Below, in pieces: positions 23,931 through 37,199 of a stretch of 64,000 nucleotides of DNA (position 1 is its first letter; every line of letters starts with the position of its first letter). Source of the DNA: Setoptus koraiensis (Eukaryota > Animalia > Arthropoda); contig CM106586.1 of NCBI GenBank assembly GCA_048013815.1, positions 20,398,001-20,462,000 on the forward strand, in the 5' to 3' direction. The notes beneath the pieces are model-generated. The model had not been told where the DNA came from and made no database searches. It worked only from the letters and a program-made list of their open reading frames with translations. The position numbers and the translations under genes are program-made.

Positions 23931-26900
23931 GCCAGCGAAAGTGTGCCGTCACAATCATAGGAGAGAGTAGTCATGTGTTGATTTTAGACACACTCGTCGG
24001 CAGTTTAGCAACAACAATATTGTTTATTTGCAATATTATCCTTTGGTCGAGCAAGTGGGGGTGGCCACCGACAACGCCGACGACGATTATTATAGGACAA
24101 GACAATTTTATCGTACCGTATTACGCGTACAACATTACGTAACGGAATGCACAACATGACATAACGGAATACATAACATTACGTAACGGAATGTGTAACA
24201 GTGACGCGAGGGGAGGACCGGCTAATAATGACTAAAATAGTTAACAGCGATACATAATGCGGTTGCTGATGGCGCTGGTCAGTCCCTCTCTCTCTCTCTC
24301 TCTCTGTCTAATTTTTCCCATTGAACAAGTGCAAGAAGTCGCCGCTTGTCCGAGTCACGACTTCTGGTTTATGTGATGCCTTAATTCATTTAGCCAATCG
24401 TTCACTTAGCTTGTTAACGGGGTGGGCGTTGGTTTGGCACTTGTCAGAGTGTAAGTCGGAATATGAAATAGTGAATGAATTTGTGAGTCTGAGAAAGAGT
24501 GGCCATAATTAAAAGGCAGTCAGCTCCGTCGTCCATTAAATGCCCTTGAGACAGGTGAGACAGAGACAGAGACGAGAGTGAAAGTTATGGCCAGTTCTAT
24601 TTGGGATCTATTTCTCAAATCGTTGGCCGTCATCATGATATTACCCAACTCAGAGATTCAGAGATCTGTGAATGTGATTTAACCAGCCAGTGGCTGACAG
24701 TGGCCGACACTGGCCGACAGTGGCCAACATCGCCGCTTCATTCAAAACAAATCGCGTTCGCTTGCACGAAGAAAAAGAAGAAGAAGTTTGTCGCCAGGTA
24801 AGCGCTGGCTCTCTGGCTTGCAAATTTTGATCTAGCTCGCTGATTCCCTTTGAGAACGTTAAGAGCGTTGAGAATAAAGTTGACGATAAGCACTTGACAG
24901 GTTCATTAATGCCGTTGGTGCTGCCGTTACAAAAAACATTGCGTCAAAAACAACATATCACACACGGCCGATGTGTGTCGGTTTAAGCTGCTCGCTTTAG
25001 CGTTGAATTGGTAATGAGAATCACCATTCATGAGAATCACTACCAAAAGAAACGACCAACGGTGTTGAGAGCGCGGCCATGATGACGACGATATTTGTTT
25101 GTATGGGTTTGGCTGCGTTTGTTATGTAATTGTGCTATGTGTTGGGCTTTGTATCAACTTTGTATCAAGTTGCTGACCACTCGCTACGGCCGTTACTGGC
25201 GCCCAGTGACACAGTGGACAGTGGACAGTGGACAGCGGACACACGCCAGTCGCAACAACAACACTTGTAACAACCACGATCATTTGGCCCAGTTGAGCTG
25301 GCCAAATTATCGGCCGGCCGGGTTCGCCGGTGACGCCGGTTGCGCCGGTTACGCAATCAATAACTGAACATTAGTAACATAAACTGCAAACAAAAAGCAA
25401 CTGCTCGCCATCGAATCACAGTTGTCAGTGTGGCAACTCGATAGTATCAAGTTGGCAGTATCAAGTTGGCAGTATCAAGTTGGTAGTATCAAGTGGACGA
25501 CACGTGACGAGATGCGAGCGTGCTCGCAAACGGGTTTGTTTGGAGGTTTGTTGGCAAAACGAACTGAAATGTTGCGCAAGCCGGGTCTTATCGCTTGCAA
25601 TGAATCGACTACCAACTGACAACTGTTGGGTCAAGCGGCGAAATTGTTGCAGAGTGGCCAAATAGGCAATGCCAATCATTTGGCCCCTGCCAAATGGTCA
25701 GGCCAGAGCAAGCGATCGATCGATCTAGGCTATTGGTTGTCTCATTTGCTTACATCATCAATCAAGTGCGCGTATCCCACACGAGTGATTCAATTCATTG
25801 CCATTCGGCAATTCGGTGCTGATCACTGCTGAGAAGAGTATTGATTTGCAACCTGTTGATTTGCAGCGATATTTGCAGTCATTGGCAGCTATTGGCAGTT
25901 ATTTGCAGTCGGCGGCGCCGTCGCTCACGCACCAAACGCATGGAGCTTTCTCCCAGGGAGCTCATTTAGACACACACACACTGACACTAACTAATTTAAA
26001 CTAACTAATGCAAACTAACCAATACAAACTAACCAATGTAAACTAACCAATATAAACTAACTAATATGCAATGTGCAAAATGATGATAGACTAGGCCCAA
26101 ATGACGACAAAATAAAATGATCTTAAGCTCGGTTATTAACTGTCTGGCTGGCAAGTCGGCCAGTCAGCAAATCTGGCCGCCGTTACATAATCGGCTGGCC
26201 GCCTCTCAGTCGTCAAATGGTCAAATGGCGCGCAATGGGCTAGCCAATGGTCGTCGTTATCCGTTCTTGGCCTTGGGGCAGGACCAACGGGCCAGGAGAT
26301 AACGGTCAACAAAACAAAACAAGCGGCCAATTGCAACCATGTTATAGTGAAAACCGTTATAAGGTTGTATCGTTATATAACTAACGTTGCTGTCGTTCAA
26401 CGTACAACTAGCGCAATAACATCGCAGATGACATCGCAATAACAACAACAACAACAACAGTTAACGACAAGTCTAACAACAATCTACATTACATAACTAT
26501 CACTGGCTGCACTATTTCATCATCACCACCTTTCTTTCTTCTATTTGTCGCTCGTTGTTGTGCGCTAATTTGTGCTTATTTATTAATTAATTATTATTAT
26601 TATTTGCCTTTGTATTTATTTCTATGTTATACGCACACACTCATACAAGTTGGCTAGAGAGCAAATTGATTGGAGTTAGAGGCGAAACAACAGGAAATAT
26701 TACATAATAATTTGCTTGTTAGTTAGGCGCTTGGTGTGTCAACAAATGAACTGGTTGTTGTCGGCGATTATCGGTGTGAACCTATGATTTCTACACGTAT
26801 TTGTATTTCTATTTATCGTCGGATAAATTTTTATTGCGAGCAATGTCATGCTAATACCGGTATATATAAATATATACTTGGGTTAGCCCTAATTGTTTGC

Positions 26901-27065
26901 CTGGCCATCGGCAAGCATCGACCAACTATGGACTGGGGCTGTTTGCATTATGTTGTGCAGTGGTTGTGATATTTGTTAATGACGACAGCCGAGTCGCGCA
27001 AACAGCAATAACTGTTACTGGACTAGAAATGATCTGCCTAATTGATGACGATCGTAATTAAAGAA

Positions 27066-27170
27066 ACGTTGTTGTTGCTGTTGTTGTTGCTGTTGTTGTT
27101 GCTGTTGTTGTTGCTGTTGTTGCTGCTGTTGTTGCTGCTGTTGTTGCTGCTGTTGCTGCTGCTGTTGTTG
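27066..27170. repeat. (GTT/GCT)n microsatellite
   Basis: Direct reading. Confidence 0.9.
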
Positions 27171-28022
27171 GCGGCGATCAATAATTGTCACGGTTCATTG
27201 TCAACATGATTGCCATTGGTCGGCCCGATGGGCGGCGAGACAACGGCCAGTTCATGGTCATTTCTCTCATGATTATTGTCTACAATTTCTTCTGGGTTTT
27301 TACACATTATTTGCACTTTTGCTTTGCTCGGCCAGACAGCGAGATGAACAAGTGGAAAATCCACTCTGTTCATCTCACTGTCTCACCCTCTCACTGTCTG
27401 GCTCTTGGCACGTCTCACTGTCTGGCCAATCAATGGCCAGACTGCAAATACAGCCCCAGCAAGCGGCCACGCATTATCGGCCAATAGTGGTTTTATATAA
27501 TGTATTTATATAATGGGATTGTATTGTGTGTAGAGTTGTCCTGTTGGTTTTACCGTTTTGTTACCGTTTTGTTGGCATGTTGTTGCCGTTTTGTTACCGC
27601 TTGCTCGCTGGCGTGCCAGCAATATCAATGAGCTCGGATATTTTTAAGACCCATCTTGTAACCTTGTTGCCGTTGTTGTTTGACCACAAACGATAGCCAA
27701 CTGCCAAGTAATCACTGCTATTTATGTCCATACTTCCATTTGGCTGTCTGTCAGGCTGGCCGGCCCGGCAGAAACATGAAACGCCAGCCAGTGTTAGTAT
27801 TATCACTGTGTGTTATTGCCATTGTAAACAATTAAAACGGCCCCTCTTGTCTGTGCGATATGATACACGACGAGTTGTGTATGTAATTGACACGATTTGT
27901 GTCACATAATCACCGATTGCTAGATAGATTAATCAATCTCTATGAGCTCTGTGATCTGGCGCTACGAGTGATAGGTTTGAGCAACCAGTTATGCAATGAT
28001 GACAATTATTGGCCATTACTGA

Positions 28023-28053
<31 letters not shown>

Positions 28054-30642
28054 GTCTCGCAATAGAGTATCAAGTAGCTAATGAAAAATCAGCATCTTGT
28101 CTGCCAGATTCAGGCGAGATTCGGCAGACAAGATTTGCCGGCCAGCCTTGGCTGGCTGGCCAGTCTAGTCAGGGGTCATTGGCCAGCCATTGGTGTTGAT
28201 GTTTGGGGGACAAGACCAGACAAGCGAGCCACATGTAACAAGGAGAATTAATGATGATATTTGCAAGCCCAATTGAATGGTTGTTTCGTTGAGCTCACCG
28301 GCTTACCTAAAGCGTCTAATCTAATCGTGTGTTGTCAATATTAATTAGCGCCGATGGCCCCCCACTCGCTTACACATCGAAACACGGCTATCGATATAAG
28401 AAATCTGCCCCTGGGCAAATCTTCTACATGTTTGCTCATCTAATCTCGGCCCGTATCTCGCTGCCATTCACTCAACAGGCGCTCGTCTATTCATCATGAA
28501 ACAGTTACAATTTGCAAAAATACATTGTACACTCATTGCACAACATTGTCTATCTATTTACAGCGAAATACATAAATAAAGTTTGTTCATAAGTTGGCAT
28601 TGTGATTTACAATGGCAAGTCAAGGGTGAGCCGCTCAATTGATAGCCATAAATCATCACCATCTTCGCCTACTCTACAACAGATAATATACTGTCTACAG
28701 ATAATATACTGTCTACAGATAATATGCCAGTATGCCCACAAATATACTGTACGCGTAGCTCGTTTGGCCGGTTATTTATAACCACAATACAGAGCGTGTG
28801 TATACCGCTAGACAGTTATTTAGACAGCCATTTGGACAGTCGGTCCGCATAACATACGTATGCTTACATTTATATATTTTTATTTGTGCAAGGGACCGAA
28901 GAGAGGGCAAATGCAATAGCCAGACATTAAATCGTCAGTTTGATTGGCGGCGATACATAAATTTTAAATTTCGCAGCCACAAATTGCCTACGCTGGCGAT
29001 AAGTGGCGTCGAAGGCGCAATTTTGTAATCCAAGCTTCAGCGTGAATCAATGGTTGCCATCAATGGTGTCCTATCAACCCAAATGGGGAAAAAAAGTGAG
29101 AAAATTTCACCAGTGCCCAGAGACAATCACTGCCAGACCCATCAGCCATCAATGACAAAATCACTTTTAGGCTAAAAGTTTTAGCTCACAACAAGCTAGC
29201 CGACCGAAAACAAATGTGTCAATTGAGCCAATTTCACTCGCTTATTGCACACAGTGGCCGGCCTTGGTTACCAAGTTAGCATAAGCTAGCAAATTAGCTC
29301 GCCAGACGACAGTGTCGTTGTCGTGACTGGGCAAAAGTCACTTTTTACAATTAGGGCACCATAAGTTTGTTTTCACGCTGGACATACCGACCAGTGGCCT
29401 TGTCGTCTGGCCAGATTGTATGTGTTTTCGCTCTTGTGAGCTATCATAGTTAATTGTGTGTCGTATGGAAAGCGGCGTGATACGCAACTTGTCAGGGGGC
29501 GCGCATCGTCGAAATGTCTATTTGACCATGAGAGACAACAACCATTTGAAACAAAATTTGACACGATGCTGCATCGCCACATCAATCACTTCTAACGTGA
29601 GCTTCAGCGACAACTTTAGCTCGTTGAAGCTCATGTTTGCGAGGGCATGAGTCACCCGCAAATATCGCCGGCATATCCGATGGATGCCTCGAAACTACGG
29701 GTGATCGAAGATGCGTTTCCATGCGGTCTGGGCAGCGAACAATAGCAATGAGTGAGGCAACAATGTGTCGCTTTTGATTGAAAACGAATGGCCATGTCAA
29801 ATGTGACGAAACAATCGATCGACAGTCAATGATCAGTGACACACATGGCTCTGTGGCATGTGAGGTTCGGCAGTCAAGTGAAACTTTGTGTATTTAGTAT
29901 GCAATTGATGATGGTTGTCAATCATAAGCATCGACATATCCAACAAATAATAGATTATACAATTGTCAGGCGACAACAACAGCACAGCTTTTGTGCGCCA
30001 TTGTCAGGCTCGGAACAAGAAAGAGGTTCATTATCATTTCTCGTCACTGTTTACCTGTTGCCTAATTAAAATAATTGTATTAATTATGTTGTTCTATGCA
30101 TATGTCGCCAATGTAATGTGTCGTTGCCAATTATTGTTGTTCTGTCAATTTGATCTGTTGTTGTTATTGTTATGGTTATCGCTTTTGCTAGCACAACTCT
30201 TTGTTTGTTGCAACTTGCGAATGGATGACATCATGTTTTTGTTACTGTTGTGATGGTGTCTCGCTAAATTGACAGCCGCCACAACAACAACTAGCTAACA
30301 ACATGCTGTGATTCATCGTGTATTCGTTGAGCCAGGAAATGAAAGGATGGCGATGGAATTTTCGTGAATGTTACACAGGTGAGTAATGTTTGTGCAATGT
30401 TTGTGCGGATTTAGCTGATCGATTGGGGCATCATCTGGCTATATAAACATGATGGCGCAGTGAAAGCCTCTTGTTAATATTGTACACTTTCAGTTGGAAT
30501 AATAGATAGTAATTAGGATAGATGTTAGTCAACGGAAACAATCATCAAGCGACTCCAATCACAAGACATAGCAAGACAGATATATATCAGTTTAGATATT
30601 CAGTTGCAGTCATATCAGATACACAATTCCACAGATTTCGAG

Positions 30643-31577
30643 ATGCAAACCATAACGATTTTCTTCACATTCTTTCTCGTGTGCGTTGGGGTGGGCCTCA
30701 ATTTCGCCCAAGAAGCGCCACCGTCACGAAGACCGAGGCCTCTGTTGAGTTTCGCAGATAACGACATAGACAGCACCAATGGTAATGCACATTCCTTGTC
30801 CCTTACACCCTCGCCATCGTGCTCACTACATGATGATTTGCATTTGTCTAACCCATCACGTTAATAATGTAATCCACACACTTAATGATCGCGTGCATAA
30901 TAGACGCCTTCTATGGCGGCCCCCAGCAGCTACTGGCGCCCTCTTGGATGTCGGCCAGAGACACTGACGGGTACCCTAGCTTGTTTGAGATGCCCATGCG
31001 AGCGCCTTCGTTCTTTATGCCACCAATAAGACCAAATCCCTATATAGAACGTATGATAGAATCTATGAGTAAGTAATGCCAATTTAAGCACTTGTTGCTT
31101 TTTTATAACTGACTGCTTATATTATGACACTGGTTATGCTGACATGCTTGGTTGTTTCACCGACAATTCTCACCGACCTAATTAGACAAACGTGGCGAAA
31201 TGATGAGAAAACAATTGGAACAAATGCCAGCAACTCATGAAACGAACGAACAGGTAATCAGTTTGGGCGGCAGAAAGTTTGTGAAGCAATGCAAAACGAC
31301 AAAGAGAGGCTCCGGTTCTACCATTATGATGGAGCAAGTGTGCAAATTGGTGCCACAAAAAGAAGAATCACAAATCGAACCAACAAATAATCAAGTTGTG
31401 CCGCCAAGCGACCAACCCAAGCAGCAGCCTAACAACACTGCAGATGCAGATAAGCAAAACGGAAGTCAGAATAACAGTGAGCCGTCCAATGGGCGCGATT
31501 CAGCTGCTTCGGACGAGTTAAAACACAAACAGATGGACGACGATAGTGGCGAGACGATGATCGTACCAACAAATTGA
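30643..31577 (+). CDS. Orphan secreted protein; exons 30643-30781, 30904-31068, 31186-31577 (231 aa)
   Basis: Signal peptide MQTITIFFTFFLVCVGVGLNFA. Two phase-1 GT-AG introns (gtaatg..ataatag, gtaagt..aattag) join three ORF-track frames into one reading frame. Confidence 0.8.
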
Positions 31578-31868
31578 TTCAACTTGGTTGCACTTAATTG
31601 GATTTGAATTACGATGACATGTGACCATGCGATGGCATTGTGATGTCCAAACAGATAGATGTACTCTCTGAATCAACTCTGATGGCAACACTCAACTGGT
31701 CAACCTCACTCAGGACAATCTCTCAATAACATCAACATGAACAACACCTGTCTTATCTTACCTGTGCTGCTGGCCGTTTGTTTTCGTTAATCAGATCAGT
31801 GTTAATAACTGAACTAGTTGTTTAATCGCGTTCAATCAAACCCAATTTATCCCCATTTTCCTTATCAA

Positions 31869-31941
31869 GGGGATGTGGCTCAGTTGGTAGAGCGTATGCT
31901 TTGCATGTATAAGGTCCCGAGTTCGATCCTCGGCATCTCCA
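31869..31941 (+). tRNA. tRNA-Ala (anticodon TGC)
   Basis: GGGGATG...CATCTCC-A acceptor stem, A box TGGCTCAGTTGG, B box GTTCGATCC, anticodon arm TATGC-TTTGCAT-GTATA, and a downstream T run. Confidence 0.95.
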
Positions 31942-34627
31942 GCTAAAATTTTGCCTTTTAAATTGGAGCATTGGAGATCAGACGGGCAAAGTCGTGAGAC
32001 TTTGCTCGTCTGACTGTTTGGCTAGCTAACGAGAGAAATTGGATAGCCGCGCAACATTGGATACGCTGCAGCTCGATAGACTCAATCGCCCTGAACGGCA
32101 TTAACTTCTCAGGTTATAATTAGTCAGTGATCGGCCAAAAGAGTCAATAAATTTTTATCAATGAGAGTTATCAATGGGTTATTTTGCAAACTTTTAACGG
32201 CGAAAACTTTTGTTCAATCCAACAAGTGCAGCAATTGCGTGCCTACCCCCCTGTGCCGCTAGCAACAGCAGTCAATCGAGGGGGGGGGGCGGAGGCGACT
32301 GAAACAGATCAATTAGCCCATTGCACACAGTCACTGGAGGTGACCGAGAGAGGGCGTGTGTGCGGTAACACTGATTTTTTCAACTGTGACAACCTGACCC
32401 TTGCGAGTGTCAGCTGCTAGCACCACAAGCGCCACATGATGAGTTGCCCAGCTAGTCTTGTCCAGCGGCTTGACTCAGGACTCCTGAGTCAGGACCAACT
32501 TGTGGAACGACCGCCAGGGGCGCTTGCCACGCACACATGCGCGAGAGCAGTAGCTAGTCTTGTGACACTCACATTGACATTCTGACAGTGTCAGATTTAC
32601 GTATGTAAAAAATGATCTTGGTGACGGTTGCTCGCCAGCATCGGCGCAAATCAATCGTTGCAAACTGATCGCTGCACCGAGGACCGATTAATACTAATTA
32701 CTTATTGTTAGTGTGCAAGCCGCAGAGCAAATTAATCATTCACTTTCAAACTGTCATTAGTTGAATCGAGCCGAATGGCAAGTGTGACTAACTACCGCAA
32801 TTTATTTACATGTTGCTGCTTTGTCACTGTGGGTGACTCAACGTGCAAACAAGAAATATAAGTGGCCAAGTGAGCATCATCATTCCAACGACCGTAATTG
32901 ACGTCTTCTGCTTGCACACAAACTCATCATCAATTAAATGTTTTGTGAGCGCTTTTGTCGAGCACACAAAACACTAATTGAATTATTTATTATATGTATT
33001 GTAGGGGGCGGGGGAGGGCACAGAGTCAAGTGAAAAGTTTCGGTCGCATTTGTGCGCCGATCGCCATCTATCGTTTGCGAATCTGGCAAGATAGCGCCAG
33101 ATTTAAAAAGCAAAAACCAAACCAAATGAGTAAGCTATTCAAGTTGTCAGAGTTATAAGTTACAAGAGTTGTAAGTTGTAAGGCCGGCAGTGTCGGCCGT
33201 AGACCGACTCAATCAAGCGGCCGCTCGCCAGGACCCCCTGTGCTGCACGATGGCACAAAACGTGTCAAACATCCGCTTGCGCCGGTACAGTCAAGAGTAA
33301 ATTGTGCCCTGTTGTTTGCTCAATTGCGGCCGATTCTCCATCTCAACACTCCATTGTCCTTTTGATGAATTGCACCATCCATCAAGGCACTCGCAATAGC
33401 CTGGTCGAATGGGTCACTTAGGACAGCCACCAAATCCTATGTATGTCGTGTGTTTATGTATGGTTGCCTCATTCTCATGCCTTTGTGCAAATTACATAAC
33501 TTGTGCACTTGAGCGTGTCATCTTTTTCTAATGTTACTTCACTCGCGATGCGCGAAAAGTCCGCAAGGGCGGCGCTATGCGACTCCCTTCAGAAGCGCTG
33601 CTGCAGTCTACAGATTAGTAAGCGGACATCAGTCGGCCGTGCTGCAAATTTGTCCTGCTGGTTTGCAGGGGCGGCATCAGACGCACAGGCGACCGACGAG
33701 CCCTCTGTGCCGCTAAAATGGTTTATTTCGGGTGCTTTATTGGCCTTTAAAGTTTTAATCACTCCAATGAGAACGCGCTAGCGATTGGAAATCTAGAGGA
33801 AAAATGAAATAGAAACATTTGATGAGACACTCCACCGTTCTGTTTGCATTTTAAAATCGCCACTAACGCCCCTAACAGAACTTTTTGGCACTGAATGCAT
33901 CCAGAGTAGAAATCACACACACACCCATAAGGTGTAAAGATCAGGCCGCCGCTCGTGCCCCACTGTGGAAGCTGCGCTGCCCCTTACAGTCAATTCTCAC
34001 AAATGAATAGTGCGTGCTTTTTGGGCACAGTTCGTGCCCAAGTTCACACTGCATGGATCATGTTGTATTATTTTACTGCACACTGTTCCAACAAAACACA
34101 CGCAACATACACAGCTCAGACTGCGCACGCTGCAATCTGTGCTTGTTTGCAGCGCATAGTGCTTTATAGCATTTGCCGGACCAATAGTTGCAAATTGCAT
34201 TTTGCAAAAATGAGGGAGTGTGAGTGCTTGTGTGTGTTTATGTGCGCTTTTGTAGCTTTTGTGTAATGGGCGACCAGATTGCTTCTAAAACTGCAAGCGC
34301 TCCAATGTTAATTTAGCCTGTCGGCCGCTGTGTGTACGAAACACACAAACACACACACACGCACGCACACACACATACACACACACATACACACACACAC
34401 ACACAGAGAAATAATTTATACTCCGACCATACTATCCAACCATCCAATTATCTATCTCAACATACAGGATACATTACTATTATCTCATACATGATAGATA
34501 GCACATGATATTTAGCCCCACACGCCGATGGTCAAAGATCGAGGTCCAACTACATTGATTTTTTGTTACAAGGAATTTATTATAGCACACAGACAAAGTC
34601 TGTATAAACAAACAAAAAATATCACAC

Positions 34628-34885
34628 ATGTACCAGTTCAACTCGACGGGCACCGGCCTGCGTGAACGAATTGAACAAGAGGACCAAGAGAAAAGGAATG
34701 CAGAACTGAGAAGTATATCTCAAGCTCTAAGCCTGGATTATTGTCTTGGTCTACAACAGCCTTCGTTAGAGGTCCAGCGGCGACTGGCAAGCCTGGCCTA
34801 CCAACAACAACAGCAACCAACACCTCCAACGCCACAACAACAACAGCACCATCAGCAGCAGCAACAGCAACAACAGCAGCAACAA

Positions 34886-34917
<32 letters not shown>

Positions 34918-36694
34918 ACAACAACAACAACAACAAGCTGAGCTGAGGAGTTTGACGCAAGCTTTGAGCCTTGATTATTGTCTCGGTATCCAGCAACCTC
35001 CGTTAGATGTGCAAAGACGCTTCACCAACCATCAAGGTTTTCAGCATAACCTGGGCTCCTCAACCGGTGGTTCTCAACCTAATCAGTCGACGAATCTTGG
35101 AAATATGACCTCGCTTGTAGAAGCTTCTTTAGTACCGACAGCTACCCTGAACATGCCACTAATACCGCAACAACTGGACTCTCAACTAGCTAACACTGCT
35201 TCTAGGCTTCCACAACAGCAACAGCAGTACCAGTTCAACTCGACGGGCACCGGCCTGCGTGAACGAATTGAACAAGAGGACCAAGAGAAAAGGAATGCAG
35301 AACTGAGAAGTATATCTCAAGCTCTAAGCCTGGATTATTGTCTTGGTCTACAACAGCCTTCGTTAGAGGTCCAGCGGCGACTGGCAAGCCTGGCCTACCA
35401 ACAACAACAGCAACCACCACCTCCTTCAACGCCACAACAACAACAACAACAACAACACCATCAGCAACAACAGCAGCAGCAACAACAACAACATGCTGAA
35501 CTAAGGAGCCTGACGCAAGCTCTGAGCCTTGATTACTGTCTCGGTCTTCAGCAACCTCCGTTGGATGTGCAAAGACGCTTCGCCAGTCATCAAGGTTTTC
35601 AGCATAACCTAGTCTCCTCAACTGGTGGTTCTCAACCTAATCAGTCGACGAATCTTGGAAATATGACCTTGCTTGTAGAAGCTTCCTTAGCACCGACAGC
35701 TACCCTGAACATGCCACTAATACCGCAACAACTGGACTCTCAACTAGCTAACACTGCTTCTAGGCTTCCGCAACAACAACAGCAGCAGCAGCAACATACA
35801 TCAATACTTACACCGCCGGCGACACAATCCCCATTCCGTCACACGAACACTCCCAGTAAACCAGAGTCTTACAGCGCAATCGTAGCCAAGTCAACCAAGG
35901 TGTTGAACAGCAGTCGAAGTCCACCAAATCAACACAACTCTGCTTCCGTCGCTGTCACAGCTATTAATTGTGTAAATGAGATAAATAATACTGCTAGTAT
36001 ATCATCGTCTCTATCATCTGCATTCGCGCACCAGCAACAGACAACGACCAACAATTCCAGCAGCAACTACAACAACCACCACTATTCGACAACGCCATCA
36101 GCAAATAATCAATTGATTAATAGCAACAACGATGTCGGTACAATATCTTACACATCTACTAATAATAACAATTCCTCACCACTAACCTCTGCAACAAATA
36201 ATTCAGGTTTTGTTGAAGGTAAACGCAAGGATATGCCTCCTCATGGTTCAGCGACAAATTTATTAGGCTTTATGGGTTTATATGTTGGCAACTTGTCACC
36301 GGACTTGACTAAAGAGCAACTTGAGAAAATCTTCTCGAAATACGGAGAGCCAGTCAAAGCTCATCGATTACTTCGATCACCAGTAGCATTCATCAAGTAT
36401 GAAAATACTGAATCTCCTAGAGCAGCCATCGAAGATTTGTATGGAGTTTTATTGCCCGAGATGACATTAAATACCGATCAGCCGTTAAAACTGCATTTTG
36501 ATCGTAACGATAGTCAACTCAAGACCAATTACCGACCAGTTGAACTGCCTCCTAGAAAAGATAACGGTGAATGTTACAATTGGAGGACTACCATCTGTCG
36601 AAAGGGAAAGACCTGCCCCAAGAAGCATATACCTATAAACAAAGGTATAGATTTTCAAATGTGGATGATTAAACCAACATCATCAACTTCGTAA
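34628..36694 (+). CDS. Intronless Q-rich RNA-binding protein with C-terminal RRM and CCCH zinc finger (resembles the C-terminus of TTC31-like proteins, no TPRs)
   Basis: RNP2-like LYVGNL, RNP1-like AFIKY, and ECYNWRTTICRKGKTCPKKH (C-x7-C-x5-C-x3-H). The N-terminal 400 aa are a tandem duplication. Confidence 0.85.
34631..35790 (+). repeat. In-frame tandem duplication, period 597 bp (copy 1 34631-35227, copy 2 35228-about 35790)
   Basis: The first ~185 bp of the two copies are identical. The rest differs by scattered substitutions and poly-Q length. Confidence 0.95.
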
Positions 36695-36846
36695 TTTTGT
36701 CAGCCCGCGCAACGCCCGCAACCTATTTCTACTATTTACACGTACAACTATATAAAATCTTTATAAATAACTGTACTATAAAGACAAATATATCGTATGA
36801 TTATATATCATAAGTATTTAATAAACAAAAGTCATTTTCATTTTGA

Positions 36847-37199
36847 TCAAAATATCACTTCGGATAATATCGCCAACGAGTTCAACAGGATGATAGGTAC
36901 CTTCATGACAGTTTGTACGGAATATATAAAGTTTAGAGTTTTCATTCTGACGCTTTCATCTGTTACGCCTGGATAATTTGGTTGAATCTGATTTCTAGCC
37001 CACCCATCTTCATGTAAATATAAAAAATAGTTTTTTTTGAGGCATTCATAGATTAGTAACAAGAAATAGAACATGGTTTAAGTCACATTTTTTCCTTTAG
37101 CTACTTACATTTCCTCATAAGCCTATCTTCATTGAGGATTGCAACAGCATTCACGAAGATTATAGCAGCCTCTATAATGCCGAATAAGGATAATCCCAT
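36847..37199 (-). CDS. IER3IP1: Immediate early response 3-interacting protein 1 (Yos1 family); exons 37109-37199, 36847-37007 (83 aa)
   Basis: MGLSLFGIIEAAIIFVNAVAILNEDRLMRK|YGW...NFIYSVQTVMKVPIILLNSLAIL matches the Yos1/IER3IP1 pattern (NAxAxLxExR, GW, SVxTVMxxPxIxxN). The gtaagt intron is phase 1. Confidence 0.93.

Noticed and set aside
33816-33897. C/D box snoRNA (TGATGA...CTGA with a 3-bp terminal stem)
   Set aside because: The C box is imperfect, there is no identifiable host intron, and I could not match the guide to rRNA.
36847-37074. Possible endogenous viral fragment
   Set aside because: It resolves as exon 2 of IER3IP1 once the upstream exon is joined.
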